DNA of 64,000 nt from Carcharhinus amblyrhynchos (lineage: Eukaryota). The stretch is from NCBI GenBank assembly GCA_965287045.1, contig OZ336870.1, forward strand, positions 94,736,001-94,800,000, given 5' to 3'. Shown one piece after another: positions 25,041 through 37,848 of this stretch. Each line of letters begins with the position of its first letter. The stretch's first letter is position 1. The notes under the pieces were generated by a model. It worked only from the letters and a program-made list of their open reading frames with translations, made no database searches and had not been told where the DNA came from. A program made the position numbers and the translations under genes.

Positions 25041-25805
25041 AAGTGCCCTCCTCGACTTCAGAAAGCAGCATTGATAGCAGATGAGAAAAGTCAAAGATCG
25101 TCCTTGCTCTGTTGATTGAGAATAAATGCTGATAAAAGGGATAAAAATAACACAAATAAACTTTTCCTCTTCAAAGAAAGGCAAGAGAAAACCTTAAAAG
25201 AACAAAAACTAATCATATGCAAATACAAGGCTCAAATATCACAAAACAAGATTTGATTCACACTGTATCTATTAACAGTTAGTTCACAGACAAATTGTGT
25301 CAATCTACTCCAACTTGCGCAGTTAAATACTGGTGAAGGTGTTCATTAAACCACAATCTTTTAATCTTTCACTAGGCATTTGTCAAAAATAGCTTTTTAA
25401 TGCAGATTTTTCGGTGTGTGTTCACACATGCTGTCATGGTGCCATGGATCACAGTCAATTTTTAAACATTTTAATCCAGAAAATAATAGGCATTTTGCTC
25501 CAACAAGCTGTCAAGCTGTCAATAAATATTTTAACTCTTAAATCTATTTTAATCATCTGTCATTTCTCTGCATCTAATTGCATTTTACTTACTTCACGTG
25601 ATTACCTGTATATAGCACGGAAGAATTGCACAATGACTCACTTATGCAGTATTTATTGATATGCCTTATATAGCACAGAAATATTGACCCAGTCTCACTC
25701 TGCTCTGAAACTTCATGAGGTATTTGGGAGAATCCCTGTTGCCTGGTAATACAGAACTTAAGTATTCCTGAAAAAAATAGACATTCTAGCAAAGTGTTTT
25801 GTGCT

Positions 25806-26300
25806 GTACTCATTAGGATAGCTCACAAGAATTTTCAACCCTAACAGAGAAACAACAATTTATACTGCATGAGATGAGAGAGCTGACTAGTTGGCAAGTG
25901 GGCACTGATTGGTGGAGATGTTGCCGTAGGCGATGCAGCTTGGGGCTGTTAATTGCCCAGATTTCTTCAAGTTCAAACCAGGTAGGTCGACTCAAATTGA
26001 TCAAGTCAATGTTCTAAGGAATGAACCAGGGAATAACTGGGAATGATGAGGGAATAGTCAGTCCCCTGGTTCATTTCCCAGGCCAATGCCTTAAGCTGTT
26101 CAGTTTGGATTTGAATGTTCAATGCTACATTCTCTATGACAGAACCTCCACCAATCAGAATTGACATGCCAACCAATGAGCGCTCTCTACTCATGCAGCA
26201 GAAGTTATTGTTTCCCCATTGCGACTGACATTTCTTATGAGCTGTCCTGATGTGGACAAGACAAAAAGCTTCAATGGTATGCCTGTTTGTGCAGCAATGA
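25806..26300. mobile_element. Old PLE-like pseudo-LTR in inverted (fold-back) arrangement with decayed hammerhead cores
   Basis: 25810..25930 is an imperfect reverse complement of 26130..26252; tgtcCTGATGTggacaagacAAAAAGCTTC at 26243..26272. Confidence 0.55.
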
Positions 26301-26836
26301 TCCTTATTTACTTCAGTGAGCAGTGCTCCTGTCACACATCTGATAGAGTTGTTCTGGTGAAGTGGCAGAGGGTCTTGGTGAAACTCAGGCCAATGTTATC
26401 TAAAATGGATGTTGGCAAGGGTCAGGAAAAGAAGTTGGATGGTCAGTAGTTTAATGAAATTATGATCAGGAGATTGGTTTGAAATATATGAGATGATCTT
26501 GGGAGAGAGTTGGTGGATTGGGATTGTGTGTTAAATGTCAGAAGGAACAGTAGCAAGTGGTCTGACATAATGGGAAAGGGGGTTAGCAGCAGAAATTTTA
26601 AATTTTAAATACTTAGTCTCTTTAAAATCTAGTACTACTTGCAATTTAACTTTTTATTAACTTTACTGTTTTAAGTTTCTTCTGGATTGGGCAGGAGTAA
26701 TTAAGCAAATCAAGCCCTCTTCTGGAGAGCAGATGAGATCAGCAAGTTAAATAACTGACCTAATCAGCATCTGTAACTACCAGAGAGGAGACTGATTGAA
26801 TCTCAGTAGTGCAATTAAGAGAAGTTAAATATATGG

Positions 26837-27658
26837 TGTTATGGTTCCCAATAGAAATTCCAAATGTGTTATGAAACCCAGCTGAATCGTAAGTTTTGCA
26901 TTTTGAATTTGGCTGGGATAAGCATGATATGTTCCACTTCAGGTGTGAGTCAAAAGACCCATTAGGGAGCTTTTATCAAATAAAAGTTTATCTAAGAATA
27001 TAGTTAACATGCATAGTTAGAAAATTAGCAAGAACTTCTTTTAATTACAAACAAGAAACAAAACCATTATAGTGTATGACCCTTGACGGAGATATCTAAT
27101 GTGTTCCAACCAAACCAAAACCTTGCCACAGACAAAACTCTTTAAACAGATTCAATACAGCAACATCTATTGCTCACATGATAATGGAAATTGAATCCTT
27201 TGTTTGAAGTCTGCCGATTTCTGGATTTACTCCGAACAGTTTGAATACAAGGCAGCTTCTCAAAACACCAGACAGACTCTGGTCCAGCCCCCAAAGACAA
27301 CAGGTTTTCACCCTTCAGGGAAACAAGATCTTGTTTCCAGCAAGCCAACACAATTTTCAAGCCATCAAGGACAGAGGGAAAGCATTGCCTTTTAGCTTGC
27401 TGTCCCTTCTAAAACTAAAACTCAAATCTGTAGCTCCAAAATGAAAAGGAAAAATCTGTCCAAAAACACATGACCATCCTCCTAACAATGCAGGATCATA
27501 AAACTAATGCCAGAGTAAATACAAACCCCATTTAAGCCACTCAAGTAACAATAAAAGGATATTTATGGTCAAGCCAACAACAATTACATCAATGAAGCTG
27601 TGAGCTAAGAAATCCATGTTTTAAAAATAACCTTTTTGAAAGGTGCAATAACATCACA
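26837..27658. mobile_element. Solo LTR (Gypsy-type)
   Basis: Termini TGTTAT...ATCACA, near-identical 4-bp flanks atgg/atgt, no internal coding sequence. Confidence 0.6.
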
Positions 27659-27919
27659 ATGTTAACAGAGTGCAACTGATAGAGTGGAGTTATTGTGAGT
27701 TTGATGAGAAAAGAGTGCAGTGAGGAGGGGAAAGGGGTGCTATTTTCTTCCTCTTTCTCTATACTTCTCTGCCTGCAGGGGACCAGGAGTTAAAAAGTTG
27801 CAGGACAGGGCTGAGGTCTGAAAACATCCAAGAATGGACAGGAGAAACATGCATTCAACAGTTTGTGAACATCTGCTTTTAGGGAGAGCCTTCAAGCAGC
27901 TGAAAATTAAGAAAACATA

Positions 27920-28460
27920 TCGGTGCAGGATTTTCAGCTCCTATTCATGGCGGTGGGTAGGACGGGGACGGTGGTGGGTGGGAATACAGGTGGAGAAATA
28001 TAACCATTGGCAAGCATAACTCACCAGAGACAGCACACCCGGGGGTGGGAGGGGTTGGGGAGGTGGGGGTGCGGGTAGAGTGTCATGCACAGACAGTACC
28101 TTGATACTGCTCCCTGCCACTGTCCAGGCACAGTGCTAGGAGAAGTGTCCAGAGAGTGCCAGGGGAGTGTTCTGTGTATGGGCTGTAGGGGGAGGAGTTG
28201 ACGTGTGGGTGGAGGTGTGTGCCATGTGGGATTTTCTGTGAAGGGGAGTGCTTCATGAGAGGGTGGGAGTGTCCCTTAAGGTGGGGTTTTGGGGGGGGCG
28301 GGGCGGAATTTTAACAAACTATCTTGCTAGAAGGTTGGGACCAGCTCCTTTTTATAAAACTCTAAAAATACACCAGAGGAATCCGTCCTTGTGGCCAATG
28401 GCTTCCACATCATTTTCCCACAGCTGCCCTGCTCTGCCTAAAAATGAGAAAATCCTACCA
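27920..28460. mobile_element. GC-rich non-autonomous TIR element (Harbinger-like)
   Basis: Ends gcaggattttc / gaaaatcctacc. Confidence 0.5.
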
Positions 28461-28485
28461 TTTCTTTTTAAGAGAAGGTGTTACT

Positions 28486-30265
28486 TAGATATTGACAATC
28501 TAGCTGATCTGTGCCCCTCATTATTTTATTGACCTCTATAAGATCACCCTCAGCCTCCTACACTCCAGAGAAAAAAGTCTCAGTCTATTCAGCCTCTCCT
28601 TATAACTCAAACCTTCAAGTTCCGGTAGCATCCTCATAAATCTTTTCTGCACTCTTTCTAAATTAATAATATCCTTTTTCCTCATAGGGTAACCAGAACT
28701 GCACACAATACTCTAAGTGTGGCCTTACCAATGTCTTGTACAACTTCAATAAGATTTACGAGACTTGAAGGTTTGAGTTATAAGGAGAGGCTGAATAGAC
28801 TGGGACATTTTTCTCTGGAGTGTAGGGGGCTGAGAGATGATCTTATCGGGGTCTATAAAATAATAAGGGGCACAGATCAGCTGGATAGTCAATATCTAAG
28901 TAGCTCTTTCTCTTAAGAAGAAATGGTGAGATTTTTAGGCAGAGCAGGGCAGTTAAGGGAAAATGACATGGAAGCCATTGGCCCCAGTACTTGGAGTTCT
29001 GGTTACCCTATTATAAAAAGGATATTATTAAACAAGAAAGAGTGCAGGAAAAAAATATATTAGGATGCTATTGGGACTTGATGGATTGAGTTATAAGGAA
29101 AGGCTGAATAGACTGGGACTTTTTTCTCTGGAGCATAGAAGGCTGAGGAATGATCTTATAGAGATCTATAAAATAATGAGGGGCATAGACAAGGTAGATA
29201 GTCAACTCCTATATTCAATGTTCTGACCAATGAGACCAAGCATGCTGAATGCCTTCTTCACCACTCTGTCCACCTGTGATTCCACTTTCAAGGAACTATG
29301 AAGATGTACCCCTAAATCCCTTTATCTATAACTTTCCCCAATGCCCTGCCATTAACTGAGTAAGTCCTGTCCTGGTTCAATCTACCAAAATGCATCACCT
29401 CACATTTATCTAAATTAAACTCCATCTGCCATTCGTTAGTCCACCGTCCCAATTGATCAAGATCCCGTTGCAATCAGACATAACTCTGTTCACTATCCAC
29501 TACACCACCAATCTTGGTGTCATCTGCAAACGTACTAAACATGCTTCCTATATTCTCATCCAAATCATTAATATAAATGACAAATAATAGTGGATCCAGC
29601 ACTGATCCCTGAGGCACACCGCTGGTTATAGGCCTACAGTTTGGAAAACAACCCTCTACAATTACCCTCTGAGTCAAGAAGTCAATTTTGTATCCATTTT
29701 GATACCTCACCCTGGATCTCGTGAGATTTAACTTTATGCAACAACCTACCATGCGGTACCTTGTCAAAGGCCTTGCTAAAGTCCATGTAGACAACGTCAA
29801 CTGCACTGATCTCATCTACATTCTTGGTGACCCCTTCAAAAAACTCAATCAAATTTGTGAGACATGATTTTCCACTCTCAAAGCCATGTTGACTGTCCCT
29901 AATCAGTCCTTGCATCTCTAAATGCTTATAGATCCTGTCTCTCAAAATACTTTCCGACAACTTACCCACCACAGATGTGAGGCTCACTGGCCTGTAGTTC
30001 CCAGGCTTTTCCCTGCAGCTCTTTTTAAACAAAGGCACAACATTTGCCACTCTCCAATCTTCAGGCACCTCACCCATGACTATCGATGATGCAAATATCT
30101 CTACTAGGGGATCCTCAATTTCCTCCCTATCCTCCCACAATGTCATGGAATACACTTCATCAGGTCCCAGGGATTTATCTGTATTGATGCACTTTAAGAC
30201 TTCCAGCACGTCTTTCTCTCTAATACGTACACTACTCAAGACATCACTATTTATTTCCCCAAGTT
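28486..30265 (-). mobile_element. CR1 LINE (RT domain) interrupted by a ~450-bp inverted rearrangement at 28751..29205
   Basis: ORFs 29682..30239 (PGNYRPVSLTSVVGK...QHGFESGKSCLTNL...DFSKAFDKVP) and 29474..29815 (SGVPQGSVLDP...FADDTK). Confidence 0.92.
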
Positions 30266-30419
30266 CCTATCTCTATTCCCATCCTATTCATGTATTTGTC
30301 CAGATGCACATTAAAACTAACTATTGTAAAGAAGAATAGGTTAAAAAGTGTACAGCATAGGAATTTGGCAGCATTAAAAGAGATAGATGTAAATACAAGG
30401 ATTATAGCAAACAAAATCA

Positions 30420-31432
30420 ACATTTAATGGATGTTTTTGCAAATGGAAAGTATTTTCTAGTGGTGTTCCAATGGTCTCAGTTTGGGGCTTTTGCTATCTG
30501 ATATATATATTAATGATTTGGATTTCAATAATTGGGAAATTTGCAGACGGCAAAAATCAACTGTGTGGTTAATAATGAAGAGTATAACTGTTGTCTCCAG
30601 AATAATATCAGTGATTTGGTTGAGTGAGCAGAAAAATAGCAATTGGAATTCAATCTGGAAAAGTGTACAGTAATGCATTTTGGCAGATCAAACAAAGCAA
30701 GTGGACACTCAATAAATGTAAGGATATCGAGAAGGGTTGAGGAAGTGAGAGACCTTGAAGTTCCTGAAGCTGGAAAGGCAGGTGGATAAGGCGGTAAAGA
30801 AAGCATACAGAATGCTTTCCCTATTGTACAAGGTAAAATACAAAAGCGGAGATGTAATGCTGGAATTGCGTAAAATGTTGGTTAGGCCACAGCTGGAATT
30901 TTGTGCACAGTTCTGATCACCACATTACAGGAAGGACATAATAGCTCTTGGGGAGAGTACAAGGAAATTTACTATAATGTTGCCAGGGCTTGAAGATTGC
31001 AGCTATGAGGAAAGATTGGCTAGGCTAGGTTCGTTTTCATTGGAACTGAGGAGGCTAAGGGGTGACTTAATTAATGTGTGCAAAATTATGAGGAGCCTAA
31101 ATAGGTAGACAGGAAAGACCTGCTTCCCTTAGCTCAGGAGTTAACATTGAGGGGACATAGATTTAAGGTGATTGGTAAAAGGATTGGGGGGACATGAGGG
31201 TAAGGGACATCTGGAACACATTGTCTAAATTGATGGCGGTGGTTGAAACATTCAATTCATATAAAAGGTACTTGGGTCTGCACCTGAAGTACTGTAACCT
31301 GAACAACTATAGATGAGGTACTAGAAAGTGAGAATAAAACTGAGTGGCCAGTTTCTTTTCCCCCTTTTTTTGGCTGGTGCAGACATGATGGGCTGAATGG
31401 CCTCTTTCCACAGTGTAACTTTCCTATGATTC
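30420..31432 (+). mobile_element. Old CR1 fragment (RT to tail)
   Basis: IYINDLD; gttaggccacagctggaattttgtgcacagttctg; tail atgatgggctgaatggcctc. Confidence 0.85.
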
Positions 31433-31909
31433 TAAGAAGCAGCTGAGCAGCAGGAGCACACTAATACTTAGGAGTTAAAAGCTTCGGGTCACATTGTTTG
31501 AAATGGACCTCAAACTTTTGAGTGGTGTGCAGTTGGATACAATCCATTCCATGTTTTAGGATCACTGCCTTCATTGTGTTAGGTTTAATGTATTTCATTA
31601 TATTCTGTGACACATGCAGATAACTTGATGGTTGATCAAGGAAATGTTCAGACAGACTGTGAGCTTGGAGCATATGCTGAGGAATATGCCCCAAAGGACA
31701 ACATGCATAATATGTATGAAATGTTTCAAACAGAAGCAAATCATTTTTCCCTTCAACAATTTTTCATTCTATAAATCCCAAATCCATTCAACCTATGAAC
31801 ATTAACCTTAAATCAGGGAAGCTTCTTTACAGGTGTCTTTTACAAACCTTAACAGTGTACAAAAAGCCATTTAATAATGAATTATTTGAGTTTTAATGAT
31901 TATTTTCAT

Positions 31910-32098
31910 TCTGGGTACTCTGGTTTTCTTCCACAGTCCAAAGATGTCCATGTCAGGTTGATTGGCTATGCTAACTTGCCCCTTAATTTCAAGGGGAATA
32001 GCAGCGCAAGTACATGGGGTTACGTGGTTAGGGCCTGGATGGGATTATTGTCAGTGCAGGTTTAATGGCCTTTTTCTGAACCATAGGATTCTATGATT
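31910..32098 (+). mobile_element. V-SINE 3' half
   Basis: ctgggtactctggttttcttccacagtccaaagatgt...ggattctatgattc. Confidence 0.75.
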
Positions 32099-32305
32099 CC
32101 AAATTGGTTAGAAGTAACAAAACACTTCACAATGCATCAGCCATCTCGCTAGCCACTTCTTTCAAGACCTTAGAATAAAGTCTATCCAGACCTGAGAATT
32201 AGTCAGCTTGCACCCGACAATTTGCTGTATACTACTTCCCTGATGATTGTAATTTTTCTCCCTTGCTTACATTTTCTATGTTACAAGTATTTCTGGGGTG
32301 TTGCA

Positions 32306-32887
32306 TTGGTGAGGCCGCAGCTGGAGTACTGTGTGCAGTTTTGGGCGCCGCACCTGCGCAAAGATATTTTGGCCTTGGAGGGAGTGCAGAGGAGGTTTAC
32401 TAGGCTGATGCCGGAGTTGAGGGGGTTGAGCTATGAGGAGAGGCTGAATAAACTAGGCTTGTACTCGTTAGAGTTTAGAAGAATGAGGGGAGATCTCATT
32501 GAGACGTATAAGATGATGAATGGGATGGATAGGATAGAGGTGGAGAGACTCTTCCCGCTCAGAAAAGACAGTAGGACTAGGGGGCACAGCCTCAAGATAA
32601 AGGGGAGGCGGTTTAGAACGGAGTTGAGGAGGAACTTCTTCACTCAAAGGGTGGTGAATCTCTGGAATTCTCTGCCCGTTGAAGTGGTGGAGGCTGCCTC
32701 GCTAAATATTTTTAAGACGCGGGTTGATGGGTTTTTGATAAGAGAGGGGATTAAGGGTTATGGGGAGAGGGCGGGAAAGTGGAACTGAGCCACGACAGAT
32801 CAGCCATGATCTTATTGAATGGCGGGGCAAGCTCGAAGGGCTAGTTGGCCTACTCCTGCTCCTATTTCTTATGTTCTTATGTTCTTA
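32306..32887 (+). mobile_element. Young 5'-truncated CR1 with an uninterrupted ORF2 C-terminus
   Basis: LVRPQLEYCVQFWAPHLRKD...GYGERAGKWN* with no stops, CpG-rich, tail (ttcttatg)n. Confidence 0.95.
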
Positions 32888-32925
32888 TCCATGCTGCCTT
32901 TGGCCACCTGGCTTCTCCAGTCTAT

Positions 32926-34279
32926 GGGCCCGATTTTACCAATCGGAGGCTAAGGGCCGGATCCAGATGTAAAACAGACCCAAGCCCGGAATCCTCATTC
33001 CAGCACCCCCATACGCTTTTTGCTGGCTCCAATTTGGTCCGCGCTGTGAGCGGGGCTTAGCGCTGCCGGAACACTCGGAGCTCTGAACTGCGCATGCGCA
33101 GTTCGAAAATAAACTGAAACAGCGCGCCCGGGCGCTAAAAGACAAAAACAGCAGGGAGAGCGGGGGGTGGGGGATGAGCCATGATTGGACCCCCCTGAGA
33201 GGCAGGCCCACCCCTGGCAGACCCCACCTGGTTTGGACCCTCCCTGGGAGGCTGGCCCCCTGGGACAACACCCCTCCCCTGACCTGCAACCGCCGGATCA
33301 GACCTCCCCACCCACCCCCACCCCCCGCCTCCGGAGGCTGGCCCCCTGGCAGACCCTCCCCCCATGGTCAGACCCTCCCAGGAGGTAGCCCCCCCCCCCA
33401 CGCGATCAGACCCCCTCCCCACCCCCGGAAGGCAGTCTCCCCCTCAGCAGAGCACACCCCCAACCTACCTCGATTGCTGCTCTCCCTCCTGACCTGCACT
33501 CATTGATGTGGAGATGCTGGCATTGGACTGGGGTCAACATAGTAAAAAATCTCAACACCAGGTTGATGTCCAGTTGGATATAGATCCTATAGCACTTTTC
33601 TGGCCTTCTGCTGGCATCTGCCAGAGGGGAGGGGGTGGGGGTACTCAGATGGATCTCTGGTCAGAGTGGGGGGTAGGGGGGGGGGAGTGTTGGTGGAGAT
33701 TCTACCTAGTCCTTCCTCTCCCCCATCCTCCACCACACACAACGATTGCAGGTCAGAAGGAAGGCGGAGGGAGAGCAGCAATCCAGGCAGGTTGGGGGTG
33801 TGCCCTGCCAAGGAGGGCCTGTCTCCCGAAGGGGGGCGGAGTCTGATCGCAGTGGGGGGTAGGGGCTACCTCCCGGGGGTGGGGGGAGGGGTCTGACGGT
33901 GCAGGATGTCTGCCGAGGTGGGGCCAGACTCCTGGGGGGCATCTAATCTGGGTAATCTGGAGGAGCCTGCCTCCCCGGGATTTGGATCGTTGTGGGGGGG
34001 GGGGGGGGGGGGGGGGGGGCCAGGTCTACCGGGGTGATAAGCGAGGGATCTGCGAAGAGTGTTCGAGGAGGATGGGCTTCCCCTGCACAATAGAAATCAT
34101 TTCAGATTTTTATTCTGCAGGTTGATAACAGCACGGATCCGGAATGGATCCAAAGATGGTAAAGTGGGATTTGGCGGTAGAGTTTGGCGTGTGGTTCATT
34201 AAGTCAATTTAGGGTGCAGATCACGTTACAGGCCCGATGCTGAATTTACTGCGATTTTGCGCCCGTTAAAATCGGGCCC
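32926..34279. mobile_element. Non-autonomous TIR element (Harbinger-like MITE) with internal inverted arms
   Basis: Exact TIR gggcccgatttta / taaaatcgggccc; C-rich left arm and G-rich right arm. Confidence 0.8.
33505..33575 (-). mobile_element. PLE-derived element 3' fragment nested in the MITE
   Basis: gatgtggagatgctggcattggactggggtcaacatagtaaaaaatctcaacaccaggttgatgtcca aligns by eye with 3478..3546. Confidence 0.75.
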
Positions 34280-34289
34280 TAGATATAGT

Positions 34290-35278
34290 TTTTAAATTTC
34301 CCATTTTTATCCCTGTACCTTTCTGACAGGCTTCCATTATCACTTATTTTATACTCTGTCCTACCAGATAGTTACAATTAGAGGGTCTGTACACCATTCC
34401 CACATATGGCTTCTTACCTTTATCATTTCTCATCTCAACCCAAACTACTTCTACATCCTGCGGTACTGAGCTTAGGCCAGTGCTCTCTAATGTACTAATA
34501 CCATCATTAATTAATAGAGGTTTACCTCCAACTATTCCTGATTTCCTTTCCTTCCTAAATGTCTCATACTCTTCAAAATCAGGTCGCACTCTGTCATCCT
34601 GTAGCAACACTTCTGTAATGGCAATCAGATCATACTTATTCATTTCTATTCACGCTATCAGTTAATCTCTTTTGTTTTTAATGTTATGTGCATTTAAATA
34701 CAGGGCTTTTAGTTTTGTCATTTTATTATTTTTAAAGTGTCCAGCCTCATCTGTTGGTTTACTCAGATTTTTCTCTGTCTTTTCCTGTCATGGTGGTCTG
34801 TTTATCATTTCCTATATTGGCACCTTTCCCTCTTGCCTTGTCTCTACTCTTTTTAGTTGACTACAATTTTCCAAATTTGATCCTTTGCCCCTCCTCGTTC
34901 CCACCCCCGCCCCCCACTCTGCAACCACAGTTTAAAAACCTCTCTACTTTCCTACTTATGCAGCTCACTGGATTACCAGCAAAAGCATGGTTCAGATGTA
35001 GACTATCTCAATGGTACATACCCTCACTTTCCCCAATACTGGTGCCACTGCTCCATGAACTGGCCAACTTCTCCCACACCAGTCTTTCAGCCATCCATTA
35101 CTTTTTCTAATCTCATTTGCCCTATGCTAATTTTCACATGGCTCAGGTAATAACCCAGAAACGATTACCTTTGACATTCTGCTTCTTAATTTGGTGCCTG
35201 GATCCCCATATTGTGCAGAAACCTTTTCTTTATCCTGCCTATGTCATTGGTACCTACGTGAACCACTACTACTGAAGT
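34290..35278 (-). mobile_element. CR1 fragment covering the ORF1 end and the APE endonuclease region
   Basis: ORF 34344..34643 NKYDLIAITE...VEVVWVEMRNDKGKKPYVGMVYRP. Confidence 0.8.
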
Positions 35279-37848
35279 CATCTCTTCCTATCATCTTGAA
35301 GTAAAACTAAAGAAGCATTGAATTGTCTACCCATTAATTTGATGTCAACTCCTCCTATCGTTGTAGAAATTGTTGACAAAATTGTGTGATTATAGCTAGG
35401 ACAGGATGAAGCAACATTTTGTACTGAGAAAATATATGCAGTTGTGAGACTTTCAATATACTGTGTAGGTATACAACTCAAATCAAACTATGAATCCTCA
35501 AAAACTAGCTAAAGCTGGATTCTTAAATGATAATTAACAAGTTTTTTTGCATTGCTCTACAGAGGTTAGCTTTGCTGTCTGCATTTTTGTAGCAAAATGA
35601 TGAACTGTCTTTAATAAACACATCTACAAGTTGGTACATCTAGATCACATGTTTTCATAATATTTACCTCAAATGAATCCTCAGGGTACATCTCTAATGT
35701 TGGGTAATGATTTTGGAAGTAAGTATACATTTTCTCACAATAACTGAGATATGTAAAGAAAATAATTGTTGGCAGAGTGAAAAATAATCAGATAAAAAAA
35801 ACAATCATTTCTATTTTACACTGCATGGCTTAAATGGTGGATCCCATTAAGAGTACAGTATGCACTCACTTTATTTGTCCTGGCTTGTGCTTTACAACTG
35901 TGCAGCTGTTTGCAGGATTAGAACCAAGCCCCTGGTGTTTAATTCTCTTGCAATCACTTAGCTGCATCTAAATGAGTTTAACAGGTGGTAAATTGGTTTG
36001 TAAATTGAAGTTTAAATACGATTTGTATCAAAGTAAACTACTTTTCATTCAGTTAGTTAGTCAGGCTACTGACTAATGTGTCTGGAGTAAAAATATTGCT
36101 CGTTAGTTAGTCAAACCTGCTGTGAATTATAGAATAGGTAGAGTTATTATACTCTCGCTGTGGTTTGTCATTACCCTTACGAAGAGATGTGATGGAAAGT
36201 TGATACAAATTTATCAAAAAACATTCCAGAAGAATTGAACTTAATGTGAATAGATCTTGTGCAATGTTGTTTTGAGGTAATACTGATCAATTTTAATACA
36301 TTACATACCGTCAGTACTCAATTTGGAACCTAGGCTTGTGTACGCCATCTAAGGTTCATTCTAGTGCTTTTGCATCTTAAAACTTTGCACTTTTGCCCAT
36401 GTTATAATTAATACAGCAGATTTGCTGATTGATATATCACATACAATGCATCAAATGAAGAAACACCTCTGTTTTCCTCCATAAATATGCTGTTCTGTTT
36501 CTCAGTTATTTACATGACTACATAAGATTTTTTTCTTGATTGCAGAATATTTTAACAGGGGAGAGCAGTGAAATCCCAAAATAAATGATCTGAACAGTAT
36601 AATGAGATTCCAGGAGAACCTTGTAGAATTTCAAATCTGGAATTTGTTTCACTGAGTTGTCATTGCTGCAATATTGCAACGAGGAGTTTTCTTCCTCCAC
36701 CATTGAATTCCCAGCTATTAGACCATTGATTACATAATCTCTGGCCATGATCTAGTGTCTCTCTGGCTGCCTTTTTCAATATATATGAATGCAACACTGA
36801 AACACCCCAGAAACAATTGTTTTTGGTTCCATCACTAACATCAGTTGGCCTCAATGATACAATAATAACCCCACCCCAATATATTGTTAGCTCAATTGTT
36901 TAATTTTATAGCTTAAGCTCTTCCAAATGCTGATCAGATGAGGTTGTTTTATTTTTAATGCTTTCCTAACCCATTAATACCACTGCAATAACACATTTCC
37001 TGCCCATTATTATGATTCACTTACTATTATTTCACAGAAATAGCCTCCATGGTACTTTCTTTTTCATGTTTGACATGAACTCTGGCTCAGTGAAGAATGT
37101 AGGAGGACACAGCAGGAGCAGCTCCAGGCACAGCTGAAAATGAAGTGTCAACTTGGTGAAGCTACAACTCAGGACACCTTGCATGCCAAAAAGTGGGAGC
37201 AAACATGCGATAGAAAGAGCCCAGTGATCCACAACCAAAGGATCAGATTTAAGCAGCCCTGCTATATCCATTCTTGAATAATGGCAGAGTATTAAAAACT
37301 GACAGAAAGAGAAAAATTCACAAACATCCCCATCTTCAATGAAGTCAGAGCCCAACACCTAAGTGCCGAAGACACGCCTGAGACACATGTATCCACCTTC
37401 ATTGATGACCCATTTCAACCTCCACCTGAGGTTCCCAGCATCACAGTTGCCAGTCTTCAGCCTTTTTGATCCTCTTCATTTGACATCAAGAAAAAACATA
37501 GAAGGAATTGGATACTGCAAAGGCTTTGACCCTAAACACATTCTAACAATGGTACTGAAGACTTGAGCTCCATAACTAGCCAAACACCTAGCCAAGCTGT
37601 CCCAATAGAGCAAGAACACTGGCATCTACCCAACAATGTGGAAAATCACACAGATATATCCTGGCCAAAACAAAAGCAGGACAAATCTAGTTACTGCTCC
37701 ATCACTCTTTATCATCAGCGAAGTGATGGAAGGTGTCACTGGCAGTGCTATCAAACAGCAATACACATCAATCAGCTGCTCACTGTTGCTCAGTTTGGGT
37801 TCCACCAGGGCCAATTAACTCCTGACCTCATTAAAGCCTTGTTCAAAC

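Noticed and set aside
24676-25155. 159-aa hydrophobic ORF resembling a membrane protein
   Set aside because: Antisense reading of a polypurine low-complexity tract.
36518-36854. Two overlapping minus-strand ORFs in unique sequence
   Set aside because: No convincing splice sites or recognisable domain.
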